The notes: generated by a model from the sequence alone, not told the origin. DNA of 32,000 nucleotides from Candidatus Saccharimonadota bacterium (GCA_002421785.1 DIRZ01000002.1:90001-122000), one strand, 5' to 3'. Positions 16,631 through 25,922 are shown, counted from the stretch's first letter. Numbers and translations: made by a program.

Positions 16631-17689
16631 ATGCCGCCTGTAACGACGACACAGCTATCGCTTGAGCATACCCGCACGCTCGTTGACGCACACATGCGTG
16701 CACTGTTTACCGAGCGGCGGCAGCGTGCCGCACTGATACACGAATCGTACGCGGCGTTCTGGGACCACATTGCCGAAGTGGCGATGGCGGGCGGCAAACG
16801 CATTCGCCCTTACCTGACCATGGTAGGCAACGGCAGCTTCGACGAGCGCGCACTCCCTGTGGCGCTCGCACAAGAATTCATTCACATCGCCATGCTCGTG
16901 CATGACGACATCATTGACCAAGACACCATGCGCCATGGGGCAAAAAACTTGACCGGTCGTTACATCGACACCTACAGCCCACACGCCGACCCAGCCCGGG
17001 CGCTCCACTACGCCAACAGTGCCGCATTACTCGGCGGCGACAGCCTGATTTCGGAAGCCTACCGGCTGATTGAAACAAGCGATTACCCTCACGATGTACG
17101 ACAGAAGCTCAGCGAACAACTGGCGACATCTATCTTCGAAGTAGTGGGCGGTGAACTGCTCGACGTCGAAGCAGGATTCATTAGCGGTGTGCCCTACGAC
17201 CCAATGACAGTGTACCGCTACAAAACATCCAGCTACAGCTTCATTGGGCCACTGCTTTCGGGCGCGTACTGCGCTGGCACTGACGACGCGACCCTAGCCA
17301 CCCTGGAACGATTCGCCACCAACATGGGCGTAGCCTTCCAAATACAGGACGACCTGCTGGGTGTGTTTGGTGACGAACAACAAACGGGCAAATCGACCAC
17401 CAGCGACCTGCGCGAGGGCAAGCAGACCCTGCTGGTGCGCTACCACACCGAACTAATGACCGCAGAGCAGCACGAACGGTTCACCTGGTTTGGTAGGCAA
17501 GATGCCAGCGAAGAACAGCTACAAGCCATAAAAGCCGATATGACGAGTTCGGGTGCTCGCCAAAAAACAATGGACCTGGCGGAATACTACTTTGCGGCCG
17601 CTCATACCGACCTGGCACAGCTGCCCGACGATGCACGCACCGCCGAACTTACCAACCTGATTACCCAGCTACAGGGGCGGAGTGTGTAA
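16631..17689 (+). CDS. crtE: Polyprenyl (geranylgeranyl) diphosphate synthase
   Basis: 352 aa with the first Asp-rich motif LVHDDIID and the second FQIQDDLLG. It is the first gene of the crt operon, and its stop overlaps the crtB start. Confidence 0.8.
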   Translation: MPPVTTTQLSLEHTRTLVDAHMRALFTERRQRAALIHESYAAFWDHIAEVAMAGGKRIRPYLTMVGNGSFDERALPVALAQEFIHIAMLVHDDIIDQDTMRHGAKNLTGRYIDTYSPHADPARALHYANSAALLGGDSLISEAYRLIETSDYPHDVRQKLSEQLATSIFEVVGGELLDVEAGFISGVPYDPMTVYRYKTSSYSFIGPLLSGAYCAGTDDATLATLERFATNMGVAFQIQDDLLGVFGDEQQTGKSTTSDLREGKQTLLVRYHTELMTAEQHERFTWFGRQDASEEQLQAIKADMTSSGARQKTMDLAEYYFAAAHTDLAQLPDDARTAELTNLITQLQGRSV

Positions 17690-18507
17690 TGGAGCTATAC
17701 GCCAGCACCAGCTACGAACTTGCCGAGCGCCTCACCAAGCGCTATTCGACCTCGTTTTCACTCAGCAGCGGCCTGTTTGACCGTGCTATTCGCCACCATA
17801 TATACGCCGTGTACGGCATGGTACGCATTGCCGACGAAGTAGTCGACACGTACCGCGGCAACGACGCTGCCGAGCAGCTAACAGCCCTAGAGCGTGACGT
17901 GATGGCGGCAATTGCTAGTGGCTACTCCACGAACCCTATTTTGCATGCGTTTGCCCTGACCGCACGGCAGTATGGCATCGACGAGTCACTGATCCATCCG
18001 TTTTTTGAAAGCATGGCAGCTGACCTGACGGTGACAACGTTCACGCAGCAAGAATACACGCGCTACATTTACGGGTCTGCGGAAGTCGTGGGGCTGATGT
18101 GCCTGCGCGTGTTTGTACTGGGCGACGAAGAGCAGTACCAGGCGGCACGTGACGGCGCACAAAAGCTGGGCGCAGCCTACCAAAAGGTGAACTTTCTGCG
18201 CGACATGAAGGCAGATTACGACGAGCTCGGGCGCGTGTACTTCCCCGGCGTACAATTCGACAGCTTCGACGAAGCAGCCAAACAAGCAATTGTAGCGGAC
18301 ATCGAGCAGGACTTTGCCATCGCCGACCGCGCTATTAACGAGCTGCCGGCAAATTCCCGAGCCGCCGTACGCGCCAGCTATTACTACTACCACGAGCTAC
18401 TGCAGCAACTAAAGGCAACTCCCGCTAGCACCCTGAAAACCCAGCGCATCCGCGTGCCAAACTGGCGCAAACTAGCACTGCTGGCGAAAGCGAAGCTGGG
18501 CGCATGA
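17689..18507 (+). CDS. crtB: Phytoene synthase
   Basis: 272 aa of the squalene/phytoene synthase family (YSTSFSLSS..., RIADEVVD, YGSAEVVGLMC, NFLRDMKADY). Confidence 0.85.
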   Translation: MELYASTSYELAERLTKRYSTSFSLSSGLFDRAIRHHIYAVYGMVRIADEVVDTYRGNDAAEQLTALERDVMAAIASGYSTNPILHAFALTARQYGIDESLIHPFFESMAADLTVTTFTQQEYTRYIYGSAEVVGLMCLRVFVLGDEEQYQAARDGAQKLGAAYQKVNFLRDMKADYDELGRVYFPGVQFDSFDEAAKQAIVADIEQDFAIADRAINELPANSRAAVRASYYYYHELLQQLKATPASTLKTQRIRVPNWRKLALLAKAKLGA

Positions 18508-20024
18508 GTAAGCCACGAGCTATCATCATCGGTGCAGGCTACGGCGGCATGGCACTGGCCAACATACTGGGCAAAGCCGGCTACCGTGTGGACGTGTACG
18601 AAAAAAACGCCACCGCCGGCGGGCGGATTGCTGCCATCCACAAGGACGGCTATGTATTCGACCTGGGGCCATCGTGGTACCTAATGCCCGAAGTATTCGA
18701 GCAATACTACCAACTATTTGGTGAATCTGCCGAAACTCGGCTCGACCTGATGCGGTTTAACCCGGGCTACAAAGTCTACTTCGAAAAGTACCCTACCCTG
18801 ACGATTCAGGGCGATGTGGATGTCGACAAGCATACCTTTGAGGCGATCGAACCCGGGACAGGGCGCAAACTAGAGCGCTACGTCGCCCACAGCACCCAGG
18901 CCTACGAACTGGCCGTGAAGCACTTTTTGTACAATAACTTTTTGCGCCTCCGCGATGTGTTTGCGCTGCCGGTGATTCTAAACGCACCGCGCATGCTATC
19001 GCTGGTGTTTACCAACTTGGACCGCCATGTCAGCCGCGTCTTCCGTGACATTCGGCTGAAGCAACTACTGGAATACCACATGGTGTTCCTGGGCAGTTCA
19101 CCATTCCAAGCGCCTGCCATTTATACCCTGATGAGCCACCTAGACTACCGAAGCGGCGTGTATTACCCGCGGCGCGGCATGCTGTCGCTGGTGCAGGATA
19201 TGCAGGCACTGGGCACAGCCTACGACGTGGAATACCATTACAATTCACCGGTTCAGCAGATACTGGTGGAAGGCGGCAAAGCAGTCGGCGTGCGACTACC
19301 TGATGGCAGCGAAGTGCGTGCCGACATAGTCGTGTCGAACGCCGATATGCACCACACCGAAACCGTGCTACTGGCACCCGAGCACCAGAGCTTCCCTGCC
19401 CGCTACTGGGCCAAACGCCAGCCAGGGCCAGGCGCGCTGCTAGTATCGCTCGGCGTCGAGGGCACACTGCCCGACCTAATGCACCACAACCTGTACTTTG
19501 TCGACAATTGGCGCGAAAACTTCGACTCGATTTACGTCGACAAAAAAGTGCCCGAAAATTCGTCGATATACGTGTGCAACCCAACCAAAACCGACCCGAG
19601 CCTCGCCCCAGATGGCCACGAAAACTTATTCATCCTGATGCCACTGCCGGCGGGTGTCGCCCTAAGTGACGATGAGCAGTCGCAACTGGCCGACCGCGCC
19701 ATCGAGCTATTCGCCCGCGCCATCGACGTGCCGGACCTAGCCCAACGCATTACGACACGGCACACATTTGGACCGCGCGACTTTGGCAGCGAATTCAACG
19801 CCTGGCAATACAACGCATTTGGTGGGGAGTCACACTTATTATTCCAGAGTGTCATCTTCCGCACATCCAACCAGAGCCGCAAAGTCAAAAACCTGTACTA
19901 CGTAGGGGCGGGCACCGTGCCTGGCATCGGGCTACCGATGTGCCTGATTGGCGCGCAGCTGACGTACAAAAAAATTACTGGCAACCGCAAAGCCGGCCCA
20001 CTGGCCGAGAGTGACCTATTATGA
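18504..20024 (+). CDS. crtI: Phytoene desaturase
   Basis: 506 aa with the N-terminal FAD fold IIIGAGYGGMALA...YEKN...GGR and a CrtI-type C-terminus (YYVGAGTVPGIGLPMC). Confidence 0.85.
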   Translation: MSKPRAIIIGAGYGGMALANILGKAGYRVDVYEKNATAGGRIAAIHKDGYVFDLGPSWYLMPEVFEQYYQLFGESAETRLDLMRFNPGYKVYFEKYPTLTIQGDVDVDKHTFEAIEPGTGRKLERYVAHSTQAYELAVKHFLYNNFLRLRDVFALPVILNAPRMLSLVFTNLDRHVSRVFRDIRLKQLLEYHMVFLGSSPFQAPAIYTLMSHLDYRSGVYYPRRGMLSLVQDMQALGTAYDVEYHYNSPVQQILVEGGKAVGVRLPDGSEVRADIVVSNADMHHTETVLLAPEHQSFPARYWAKRQPGPGALLVSLGVEGTLPDLMHHNLYFVDNWRENFDSIYVDKKVPENSSIYVCNPTKTDPSLAPDGHENLFILMPLPAGVALSDDEQSQLADRAIELFARAIDVPDLAQRITTRHTFGPRDFGSEFNAWQYNAFGGESHLLFQSVIFRTSNQSRKVKNLYYVGAGTVPGIGLPMCLIGAQLTYKKITGNRKAGPLAESDLL

Positions 20025-20335
20025 AGCTAGCCTACCTGGCGGCCATTCTGTTCAGCACCTTTGGTATGGGGGTGCTCGACAAACGCTTTGCCCTCGCCAT
20101 GTTTCACGACGCGCGCCGGACCATCATCACCATTGCCATTGGCGTGGCGGTTTTCATTGCCTGGGACGTGCTGGGTATCGCTATGGGCATATTCTTTAGC
20201 GGCAGTTCACCCTACACCACCGGGCTGTACCTCGCACCCGAGTTCCCCGTTGAAGAATTGTTCTTCCTGACATTCCTGTGCTACTTTACCCTCATTACCT
20301 ATCGATTATTGGAGCGACGATGGCCACGTACCTAG
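20021..20335 (+). CDS. Lycopene cyclase domain protein, small subunit 1 (CrtYc/CrtYe-type)
   Basis: 104 aa with 3 TM segments, sitting between crtI and crtEb as in heterodimeric actinobacterial carotenoid cyclases. Confidence 0.7.
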   Translation: MKLAYLAAILFSTFGMGVLDKRFALAMFHDARRTIITIAIGVAVFIAWDVLGIAMGIFFSGSSPYTTGLYLAPEFPVEELFFLTFLCYFTLITYRLLERRWPRT

Positions 20336-20616
20336 TGCTCAACCTAGCGGTGCTGGCGGCAGTGATTGCCGTACTAAAGCTGCGCGGCGCTTTGGTGTGG
20401 AACCGCGCCATGACGATTACTCTCGCAGTGCTACTCGCAACGACGGCAATCTTTGACTCGATGATTGTTGCAATGGGCATCGTGCAGTACGACGCTGCGC
20501 AAATACTCGGCGTGACGGTTGGCGCCGCGCCGGTTGAAGACTTCTTTTACGCTGCCCTCGCCGCCCTGCTGATACCGGCCACATGGAACGCACTAAAGAA
20601 AGGGAAGTCCCAGTGA
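20320..20616 (+). CDS. Lycopene cyclase domain protein, small subunit 2 (CrtYd/CrtYf-type)
   Basis: Read from the ATG at 20320 (GGAG at 20311), giving 98 aa with 3 TM segments. It overlaps the previous gene. Confidence 0.65.
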   Translation: MATYLVLNLAVLAAVIAVLKLRGALVWNRAMTITLAVLLATTAIFDSMIVAMGIVQYDAAQILGVTVGAAPVEDFFYAALAALLIPATWNALKKGKSQ

Positions 20617-21467
20617 ATAAACTAAAGATTCTGTTTAATACCTCGCGCCCGATATCGTGGGTAAATACCGCCTACCCGTTTGCACTGGGCTACCTAATGA
20701 TGGGCGGTGCGTTTGACTGGCGACTGATAGTTGGCACGCTATTCTTTTTGATTCCCTACAACCTTGCAATGTACGGTATTAACGACGTGTTCGACTACGA
20801 GTCCGACATTCGCAACCCACGCAAAGGTGGCGTCGAAGGTGCCGTGACCGCCAAAAAGCACCACCCACTCATCATCTGGGCATCCGTGCTGCTGAGCGCA
20901 CCATTTGTGGTTGCCCTGCTGCTGGCGGGTACCGGACTGAGCGCCCTGACCCTTGGTGTAGTATTGTTCTTTGTCGTTGCCTACAGCGCCAAGGGCCTGC
21001 GGTTCAAAGAAATCCCGCTGCTTGATTCCGTGACGTCCAGCATCCACTTTGTCGGCCCGCTCGTCTACGCCTACTCACTAGTTGGCGCCACGCCCGCTGG
21101 CTGGGTCGCCGCGGCAGCATTCTTTGCCTGGGGCATTGCTAGCCAGGCCTTCGGCGCCGTGCAGGACATCGTGCCGGACAGGCAAGCACACATTCGTTCT
21201 ATCGCCACCATATTAGGCGGTGCCTGGACTACCCGCTTCGCGGCTATCATGTACCTGGTTGCGGTCGTACTCGTGGCATCGCTTGGCGGGCTTGCGCTCG
21301 TCGTAGCAGCCGCAGGCCTGGCCTACGTCGTAAACGTGGCGCCATTTTTACACATCAAAGACACTCAGGCACACCTGGCACGGACTGGCTGGAAGCGGTT
21401 CTTGTGGATTAATTACCTGACCGGTGCGGTCGTGACCATCACCTGCGTCGCTGCAATTACTCTGTAG
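20613..21467 (+). CDS. crtEb: UbiA-family prenyltransferase, lycopene elongase (CrtEb-like)
   Basis: SRPISWVNTAYPF and YGINDVFDYESDIRNPRKGGVEGA match my recollection of C. glutamicum CrtEb. A GTG at 20613 forms a GTGA overlap with the upstream stop. The ORF-track ATG at 20583 is the alternative start. Confidence 0.75.
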   Translation: MNKLKILFNTSRPISWVNTAYPFALGYLMMGGAFDWRLIVGTLFFLIPYNLAMYGINDVFDYESDIRNPRKGGVEGAVTAKKHHPLIIWASVLLSAPFVVALLLAGTGLSALTLGVVLFFVVAYSAKGLRFKEIPLLDSVTSSIHFVGPLVYAYSLVGATPAGWVAAAAFFAWGIASQAFGAVQDIVPDRQAHIRSIATILGGAWTTRFAAIMYLVAVVLVASLGGLALVVAAAGLAYVVNVAPFLHIKDTQAHLARTGWKRFLWINYLTGAVVTITCVAAITL

Positions 21468-21472
21468 CTTGC

Positions 21473-21904
21473 TTACTTTTTACTACTTTTCGTCGCGATG
21501 GCGATCTTTTTGGGCTCTGGAAGCGGAGTGAGTGGGATTTGTACCTTTAGTACGCCTTCGTCCAGATGTGCTTCGATCTTGTCGGCGTCTGCCCGCTTTG
21601 GCAAGGCAATACGCCTGTAGAAGCTGCTTGAACTTTCACGTACGACGTACTTTTTGTCCTTGTCCTCCTGCTTTTCGTGGCGCTCAGCACTCACAATCAG
21701 GGCGTTGTCTTCGACCTGAATGTTAATATCGCTTTGCTCAAAGTTTGGCAAATGTGCTTCGACGACGAGTGCGTTGTCTTTGGTGTATACATCGGTGGTT
21801 GGAATGTTAACACCTTTAATTGGCGACATCCAGTCATCACCAAAAAATTGCTTTTGAAGGGCCGTTAGCTCTGAAAACGGATCCCATTTTACAAGATGGC
21901 TCAT
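21473..21904 (-). CDS. Hsp20/alpha-crystallin small heat-shock protein
   Basis: 143 aa with an alpha-crystallin domain (VVEAHLPNF..., FYRRIALP, LKVQIP). An AAAGGAG SD lies upstream. Confidence 0.85.
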   Translation of the reverse strand: MSHLVKWDPFSELTALQKQFFGDDWMSPIKGVNIPTTDVYTKDNALVVEAHLPNFEQSDINIQVEDNALIVSAERHEKQEDKDKKYVVRESSSSFYRRIALPKRADADKIEAHLDEGVLKVQIPLTPLPEPKKIAIATKSSKK

Positions 21905-21966
21905 ACAATTCTCCTTTCGTTATAGTTATATAAGCTCTTGGAGAAGCATAAAAAGCTTCTACTTAC

Positions 21967-21996
21967 AGTATACAAAAATTGGCACTCTCGTGTCAA
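21967..21996 (-). promoter_or_regulatory. hsp20 promoter TTGACA, 18 nt, TATACT, interlaced with CIRCE
   Basis: On the minus strand the -35 TTGACA (21991-21996) lies inside the CIRCE spacer. The -10 TATACT is at 21967-21972. Confidence 0.5.
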
Positions 21997-22005
21997 GAGT
22001 GCCAG
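21979..22005. promoter_or_regulatory. CIRCE-like inverted repeat (HrcA operator)
   Basis: TTGGCACTC-N9-GAGTGCCAG compared with the consensus TTAGCACTC-N9-GAGTGCTAA. The spacing is exactly 9 nt and the arms are complementary over 8 of 9 positions. Confidence 0.7.
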
Positions 22006-22071
22006 TTATCCACCATTCTACCCCAGAAGACTGGCGAGCCAGTGTGCCTATGCGGTATAATCAATAGCACT

Positions 22072-23478
22072 ATGCCGATATGGCTTGAAGCAATGATCGT
22101 TCTCGTTGCCGTGCTCGTACTCGCACGGGTAGTTAAGCGTGGAACAAAGCTCCTGCAGCGATACTTCATTCCAAGCGCGCTCGTGGGTGGTTTTGGGGCA
22201 CTATTACTGAGCCACCAGGTGCTTGACTGGATCCCGAAAGAAATCACTGACGAGTGGAGTATTTATCCAAAGCTCCTCATCAACATTGTATTTGCGGGAC
22301 TCTTTCTGGGGCACACCATCCCCGGACCACGTGAAATATGGCAAAAATCCGCACCAATGCTAGCTTTTGGCAATACCCTTGCCTGGGGTCAGTACGTTAT
22401 CGGTATCGTCCTTACGCTCCTAGTACTCGGGCCCGTATTCGGCGCACCACCCATGACAGGGGCGCTCATTGAAATCGGATTTGAAGGCGGCCACGGCACC
22501 GCTGCCGGGCTTGCGCCAACATTCGAGAAACTTGGCTGGCCAGAGGCGGGAGACATAGCCCTGGGGCTGGCGACAGTCAGTATTGTGGTGGCGATTTTTA
22601 GCGGCATTCTAATACTCAATATCCACCACCGCCGCAATGGTCACATCATTGGCGAAGCGGCCATGATCGAGCAACAAAAACGAATGATTCGTAACGGCTA
22701 TAACCTGACAAACTTCGTCAATAAACTGGAAACAAGTCCAAAAGAAATTGCACTCACCCTGGGGCTGTTCGCTGCCGCCATAGCTATAGGGTGGGGGATG
22801 CTTCAGGGGATTGTGTCACTCGAAAGCTACCTCCTGGAAGGCAAAACACCGCTACGATTCTTTGAGTATCTACCCCTATTCCCGTTAGCCATGATTGGTG
22901 GCTTAATCGTGCAGTGGATACTCCATAAAGCCGGTAGAACGCATATCGTAAAGCGAAACACCGTCAAAGTGTTCTCGGCTATTGCACTTGATGCGCTCAT
23001 CCTTTCGGCCATCGCGACACTGTCACTCAACGCAATACGAGACAATTTTGGCATCTTTATCATCCTAACTATCGCTGGTATCACCTGGATACTCGGCGCA
23101 TTCTTCTTTTTTGCACCACGCTACTTCCGTAGATATTGGTTCGAAAACGGACTTACCAATACAGGCCAGTCCATGGGTATGACTGCAACTGGCTTACTCA
23201 TGAACCGACTCGTCGATCCAAATAATCACACCCACGCCCGGGAAACATTTGCCTATAAGCAACTAGCGTTTGAGCCGTTCATGGGTGGAGGTATCGTGAC
23301 CGCGGTTGCCGCCATCGTCCTCACCGAGTTTGGCCAGATACCCACGCTTATTGGCGTATCGATTATCTTTGGCTTTTGGGTATGGCTCGGACTTCGGCTT
23401 GGGCAAAGCCCTAAAGCCACTAAGCGACGCACCGGCATCGAAAAACGCCTAGGGAGCTTCGCTTCCAAGGCCCAGTGA
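22072..23478 (+). CDS. Sodium/glutamate symporter family (GltS/ESS-like) membrane transporter
   Basis: Read from the ATG at 22072, because the ORF-track TTG at 21979 lies inside CIRCE. The protein is about 468 aa, polytopic, with a GltS-like N-terminus (LLQRYFIPSALVGGFGALLL). TATAAT at 22056-22061 lies 10 nt upstream. Confidence 0.6.
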   Translation: MPIWLEAMIVLVAVLVLARVVKRGTKLLQRYFIPSALVGGFGALLLSHQVLDWIPKEITDEWSIYPKLLINIVFAGLFLGHTIPGPREIWQKSAPMLAFGNTLAWGQYVIGIVLTLLVLGPVFGAPPMTGALIEIGFEGGHGTAAGLAPTFEKLGWPEAGDIALGLATVSIVVAIFSGILILNIHHRRNGHIIGEAAMIEQQKRMIRNGYNLTNFVNKLETSPKEIALTLGLFAAAIAIGWGMLQGIVSLESYLLEGKTPLRFFEYLPLFPLAMIGGLIVQWILHKAGRTHIVKRNTVKVFSAIALDALILSAIATLSLNAIRDNFGIFIILTIAGITWILGAFFFFAPRYFRRYWFENGLTNTGQSMGMTATGLLMNRLVDPNNHTHARETFAYKQLAFEPFMGGGIVTAVAAIVLTEFGQIPTLIGVSIIFGFWVWLGLRLGQSPKATKRRTGIEKRLGSFASKAQ

Positions 23479-23485
23479 ATCATAG

Positions 23486-24118
23486 CTACACGTCAATTGC
23501 GTCGATCCAAGCCAAGCCTGGTTTGGTGAGCAAGCGCGCGCAGACGTTCACGTTACCACGAATCGCGTGATCTTCGTTGGGTGGGCACGCCTGGTTGTCG
23601 AGCGCATAGAATAAGTACGCTCCCGGGTAGTCAACTGGTGTTTGGCTCGATATCGCTGCATAAACAATACCTTTCATAATCTTTGTCCCACTCGTCAGGG
23701 TTTTCATCGCACCCGAACCGGGTGATGATTCCTGGCGCAATAGCACGGGTGTAGGGGTGGGCTTAGTTGGCTTTGGTGGAACGAGCTTGTATTCCGAAGT
23801 CCACATGTCATCGCCCACTATCATACCTCGCTCACACATACCGGCACCAAGGTTATATGCAGTATCAAGTGGAAAGTCAGCGGCAGACGTCCCAAGGCAT
23901 GTCCAATCATCTGGCAATTTCATAGTGTTATTCACCTGATACAAACGAATAGTTTTTTCCCATGTCGCCACCGCCGCAAGCACCTTAGAGTTTTCTGCGC
24001 GTCGCTGTGTGCCACCATAGGCAACCGCCACGATCGTCGCCAGAATACCAATGATCAGAATAACGATGGCTAGCTCAGCTATCGTAAAACCTAATTTTCG
24101 TCTGTGTTTTATTGCCAT
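23486..24118 (-). CDS. Type IV pilin-like protein (prepilin N-terminal methylation domain)
   Basis: KLGFTIAELAIVILIIGILATIV is a class III signal peptide with a G/F cleavage site and Glu5. Confidence 0.8.
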   Translation of the reverse strand: MAIKHRRKLGFTIAELAIVILIIGILATIVAVAYGGTQRRAENSKVLAAVATWEKTIRLYQVNNTMKLPDDWTCLGTSAADFPLDTAYNLGAGMCERGMIVGDDMWTSEYKLVPPKPTKPTPTPVLLRQESSPGSGAMKTLTSGTKIMKGIVYAAISSQTPVDYPGAYLFYALDNQACPPNEDHAIRGNVNVCARLLTKPGLAWIDAIDV

Positions 24119-24171
24119 TTACTCCCTAGAGTATAGAGCATAAGCAGAATGAGGTCAAAGCAAGATACAAC

Positions 24172-24798
24172 TTAATAACTAAGAACGTAACACGCCTTGG
24201 CAAAGCCGCTCGCAGGATCACCAAAATAGGCGTTGCTGCAGGTAACGGGGCTCGTCTGATCCTTGCGAGCAGTAAACCGGCCGACCGCTAGTGAGCCGTA
24301 GGCGATGGTCGCGGTATCGCTAAAGGTACACGATCCGTTTTCGTTGGCACACGATGTAGCTGGCATGCCAAAGTAAATAGTTGTTGCCGACGCCACGCCA
24401 AGGCCAGGGCAGGGATTCACCACGTCAATGGCATTGTTCTGTACCGGCACCGCCCCATTCAGCGAATAGTATTTGTTGCCATTGGGCAATTCCGCAGCCA
24501 GCACATGCCCCTGGGTCGACGCGCAAAACGAATAGAGTTTATAAATCCCCTTTGCTACCGTTGGTTTGGTGCTGGCCTGTAGTACGTCCGTGGTGAGTGG
24601 CGGCGTGCCAGTTGTTGCACCTGCCAACTTAACCACCTTGTTATTATTGGTAAAATCGGCAGTTACCGCCGTCACGCGGGCGCGTTCCTGAACACCGTTG
24701 TACGCCACGATTGTCACGGCGGCCAATATGGCAATCACCACAATCACAACCAGGAGCTCGACGATGGTAAAGCCTGGATTGTTACGTTTTGCCCACAT
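24172..24798 (-). CDS. Type IV pilin-like protein (prepilin N-terminal methylation domain)
   Basis: Read from the ATG at 24798, giving MWAKRNNPGFTIVELLVVIVVIAILAAV. The C-terminal region is Cys-containing. Confidence 0.8.
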   Translation of the reverse strand: MWAKRNNPGFTIVELLVVIVVIAILAAVTIVAYNGVQERARVTAVTADFTNNNKVVKLAGATTGTPPLTTDVLQASTKPTVAKGIYKLYSFCASTQGHVLAAELPNGNKYYSLNGAVPVQNNAIDVVNPCPGLGVASATTIYFGMPATSCANENGSCTFSDTATIAYGSLAVGRFTARKDQTSPVTCSNAYFGDPASGFAKACYVLSY

Positions 24799-24861
24799 AG
24801 TAAACCTAGTATAGCAAAAGCGGGATAGGTCGAACAATGAACAATTAGTGTTTAATGCACA

Positions 24862-25110
24862 CTAATGTGCTAACGCCTGGCTAAATTTTTCACGGTCAAA
24901 TCCCAGAATTTTGCTTATCGTGCCATCATCATGTTCAACCGTACTAAACGGCACACCCCTTTCGCCCCCGCTCTGCATCGCCATCATCTGCGCAGCATAC
25001 GGGTTTGTGTCAACCGTGTATTCTTGGTATTCCACGCCCTTGTCGTCAAGCCACTTTTTTAGCATCACGCAGTACGGACACGTTGTCGTGCTGTATACTG
25101 TTACTTTCAT
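24862..25110 (-). CDS. Glutaredoxin-family small redox protein (CPYC)
   Basis: 82 aa with MKVTVYSTTTCPYC and a cis-Pro context GVPF. The start overlaps the upstream stop. Confidence 0.75.
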   Translation of the reverse strand: MKVTVYSTTTCPYCVMLKKWLDDKGVEYQEYTVDTNPYAAQMMAMQSGGERGVPFSTVEHDDGTISKILGFDREKFSQALAH

Positions 25111-25523
25111 TGAGTAAGCGCTCCAGGTTCGGTCACGAAGACTCCACCGATTTCTTGAACGTCTGGCAGGCCGCCAAGGTCGACAATATCCGTATAACCT
25201 GCATCCTTGAGGATGGCCGCCGCTTGGCTAGAGCGGTTGCCGCTGCGGCAATATACGTATAGTTTGGTATCTTTAGGAACGTCTGGTAATTTACCTTTCT
25301 CCATATCCTCAACCGGCCACAGGATTGCTTTGTCAAAGTGACCCGCATTGTATTCTTCGCTCGTGCGCACATCGTACAGCTTGGCACCAGCAGCGGTGTC
25401 TTTTTGGATAGTCGCGAATGTGAGTGCTGGCTCCGGGGAGTCCTGCTGCTGAGCATTGCCAAACCACACCAGGCCGCCCACAATGCCAACAGCAATAACT
25501 GTCCAAATAATTAGGTTTTTCAT
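25107..25523 (-). CDS. Membrane-anchored rhodanese-domain sulfurtransferase
   Basis: 138 aa with an N-terminal TM helix and the active-site loop YCRSGNRS. Confidence 0.75.
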   Translation of the reverse strand: MKNLIIWTVIAVGIVGGLVWFGNAQQQDSPEPALTFATIQKDTAAGAKLYDVRTSEEYNAGHFDKAILWPVEDMEKGKLPDVPKDTKLYVYCRSGNRSSQAAAILKDAGYTDIVDLGGLPDVQEIGGVFVTEPGALTQ

Positions 25524-25921
25524 AGATCTTTGCCCTCCTTATGACATTGTTTACATATACCAGATACTGTCAGATTGCCAGCGATTGAGCAACCGTCACC
25601 GATTGCCTGTTCAATTTGTGGACGAATAATTGGTCCAAGATTTGCATCCCGCAGTAAGCCACACAGGCTGCACATAAAGTGATCGTGGGGAAGTGGATTA
25701 GCATCGTAGCGCAACACGTTTTCGCGCCCAGTGGGAGCAAGCTGTAGCTCCCCACGCTCGTGTAGGCGCGCCGTTACGCGGTGCACGGTCGTCGCGCTCA
25801 GGTCTGGATACTCACCCCGCAGCGATTCAAGCAATTCAAAATTAGTGGCGTGGCCCATTTGGTGCATGAGCGAACGCACAGCGCTCACGTATTTGCTTTT
25901 TCGTTCCTTTGCCAGCTGCAT
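25520..25921 (-). CDS. Fur-family transcriptional regulator (Fur/PerR/Zur-like)
   Basis: 133 aa with a wHTH, then HDHFMCSLCG and CKQC metal-site motifs. Confidence 0.75.
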   Translation of the reverse strand: MQLAKERKSKYVSAVRSLMHQMGHATNFELLESLRGEYPDLSATTVHRVTARLHERGELQLAPTGRENVLRYDANPLPHDHFMCSLCGLLRDANLGPIIRPQIEQAIGDGCSIAGNLTVSGICKQCHKEGKDL

Positions 25922-25922
25922 G

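Noticed and set aside
18793-19888. Several minus-strand ORFs of 64-184 aa inside crtI
   Set aside because: They are Arg/Ala/Pro-rich shadow ORFs typical of the antisense strand of GC-rich coding DNA. The CrtI frame is strongly supported.
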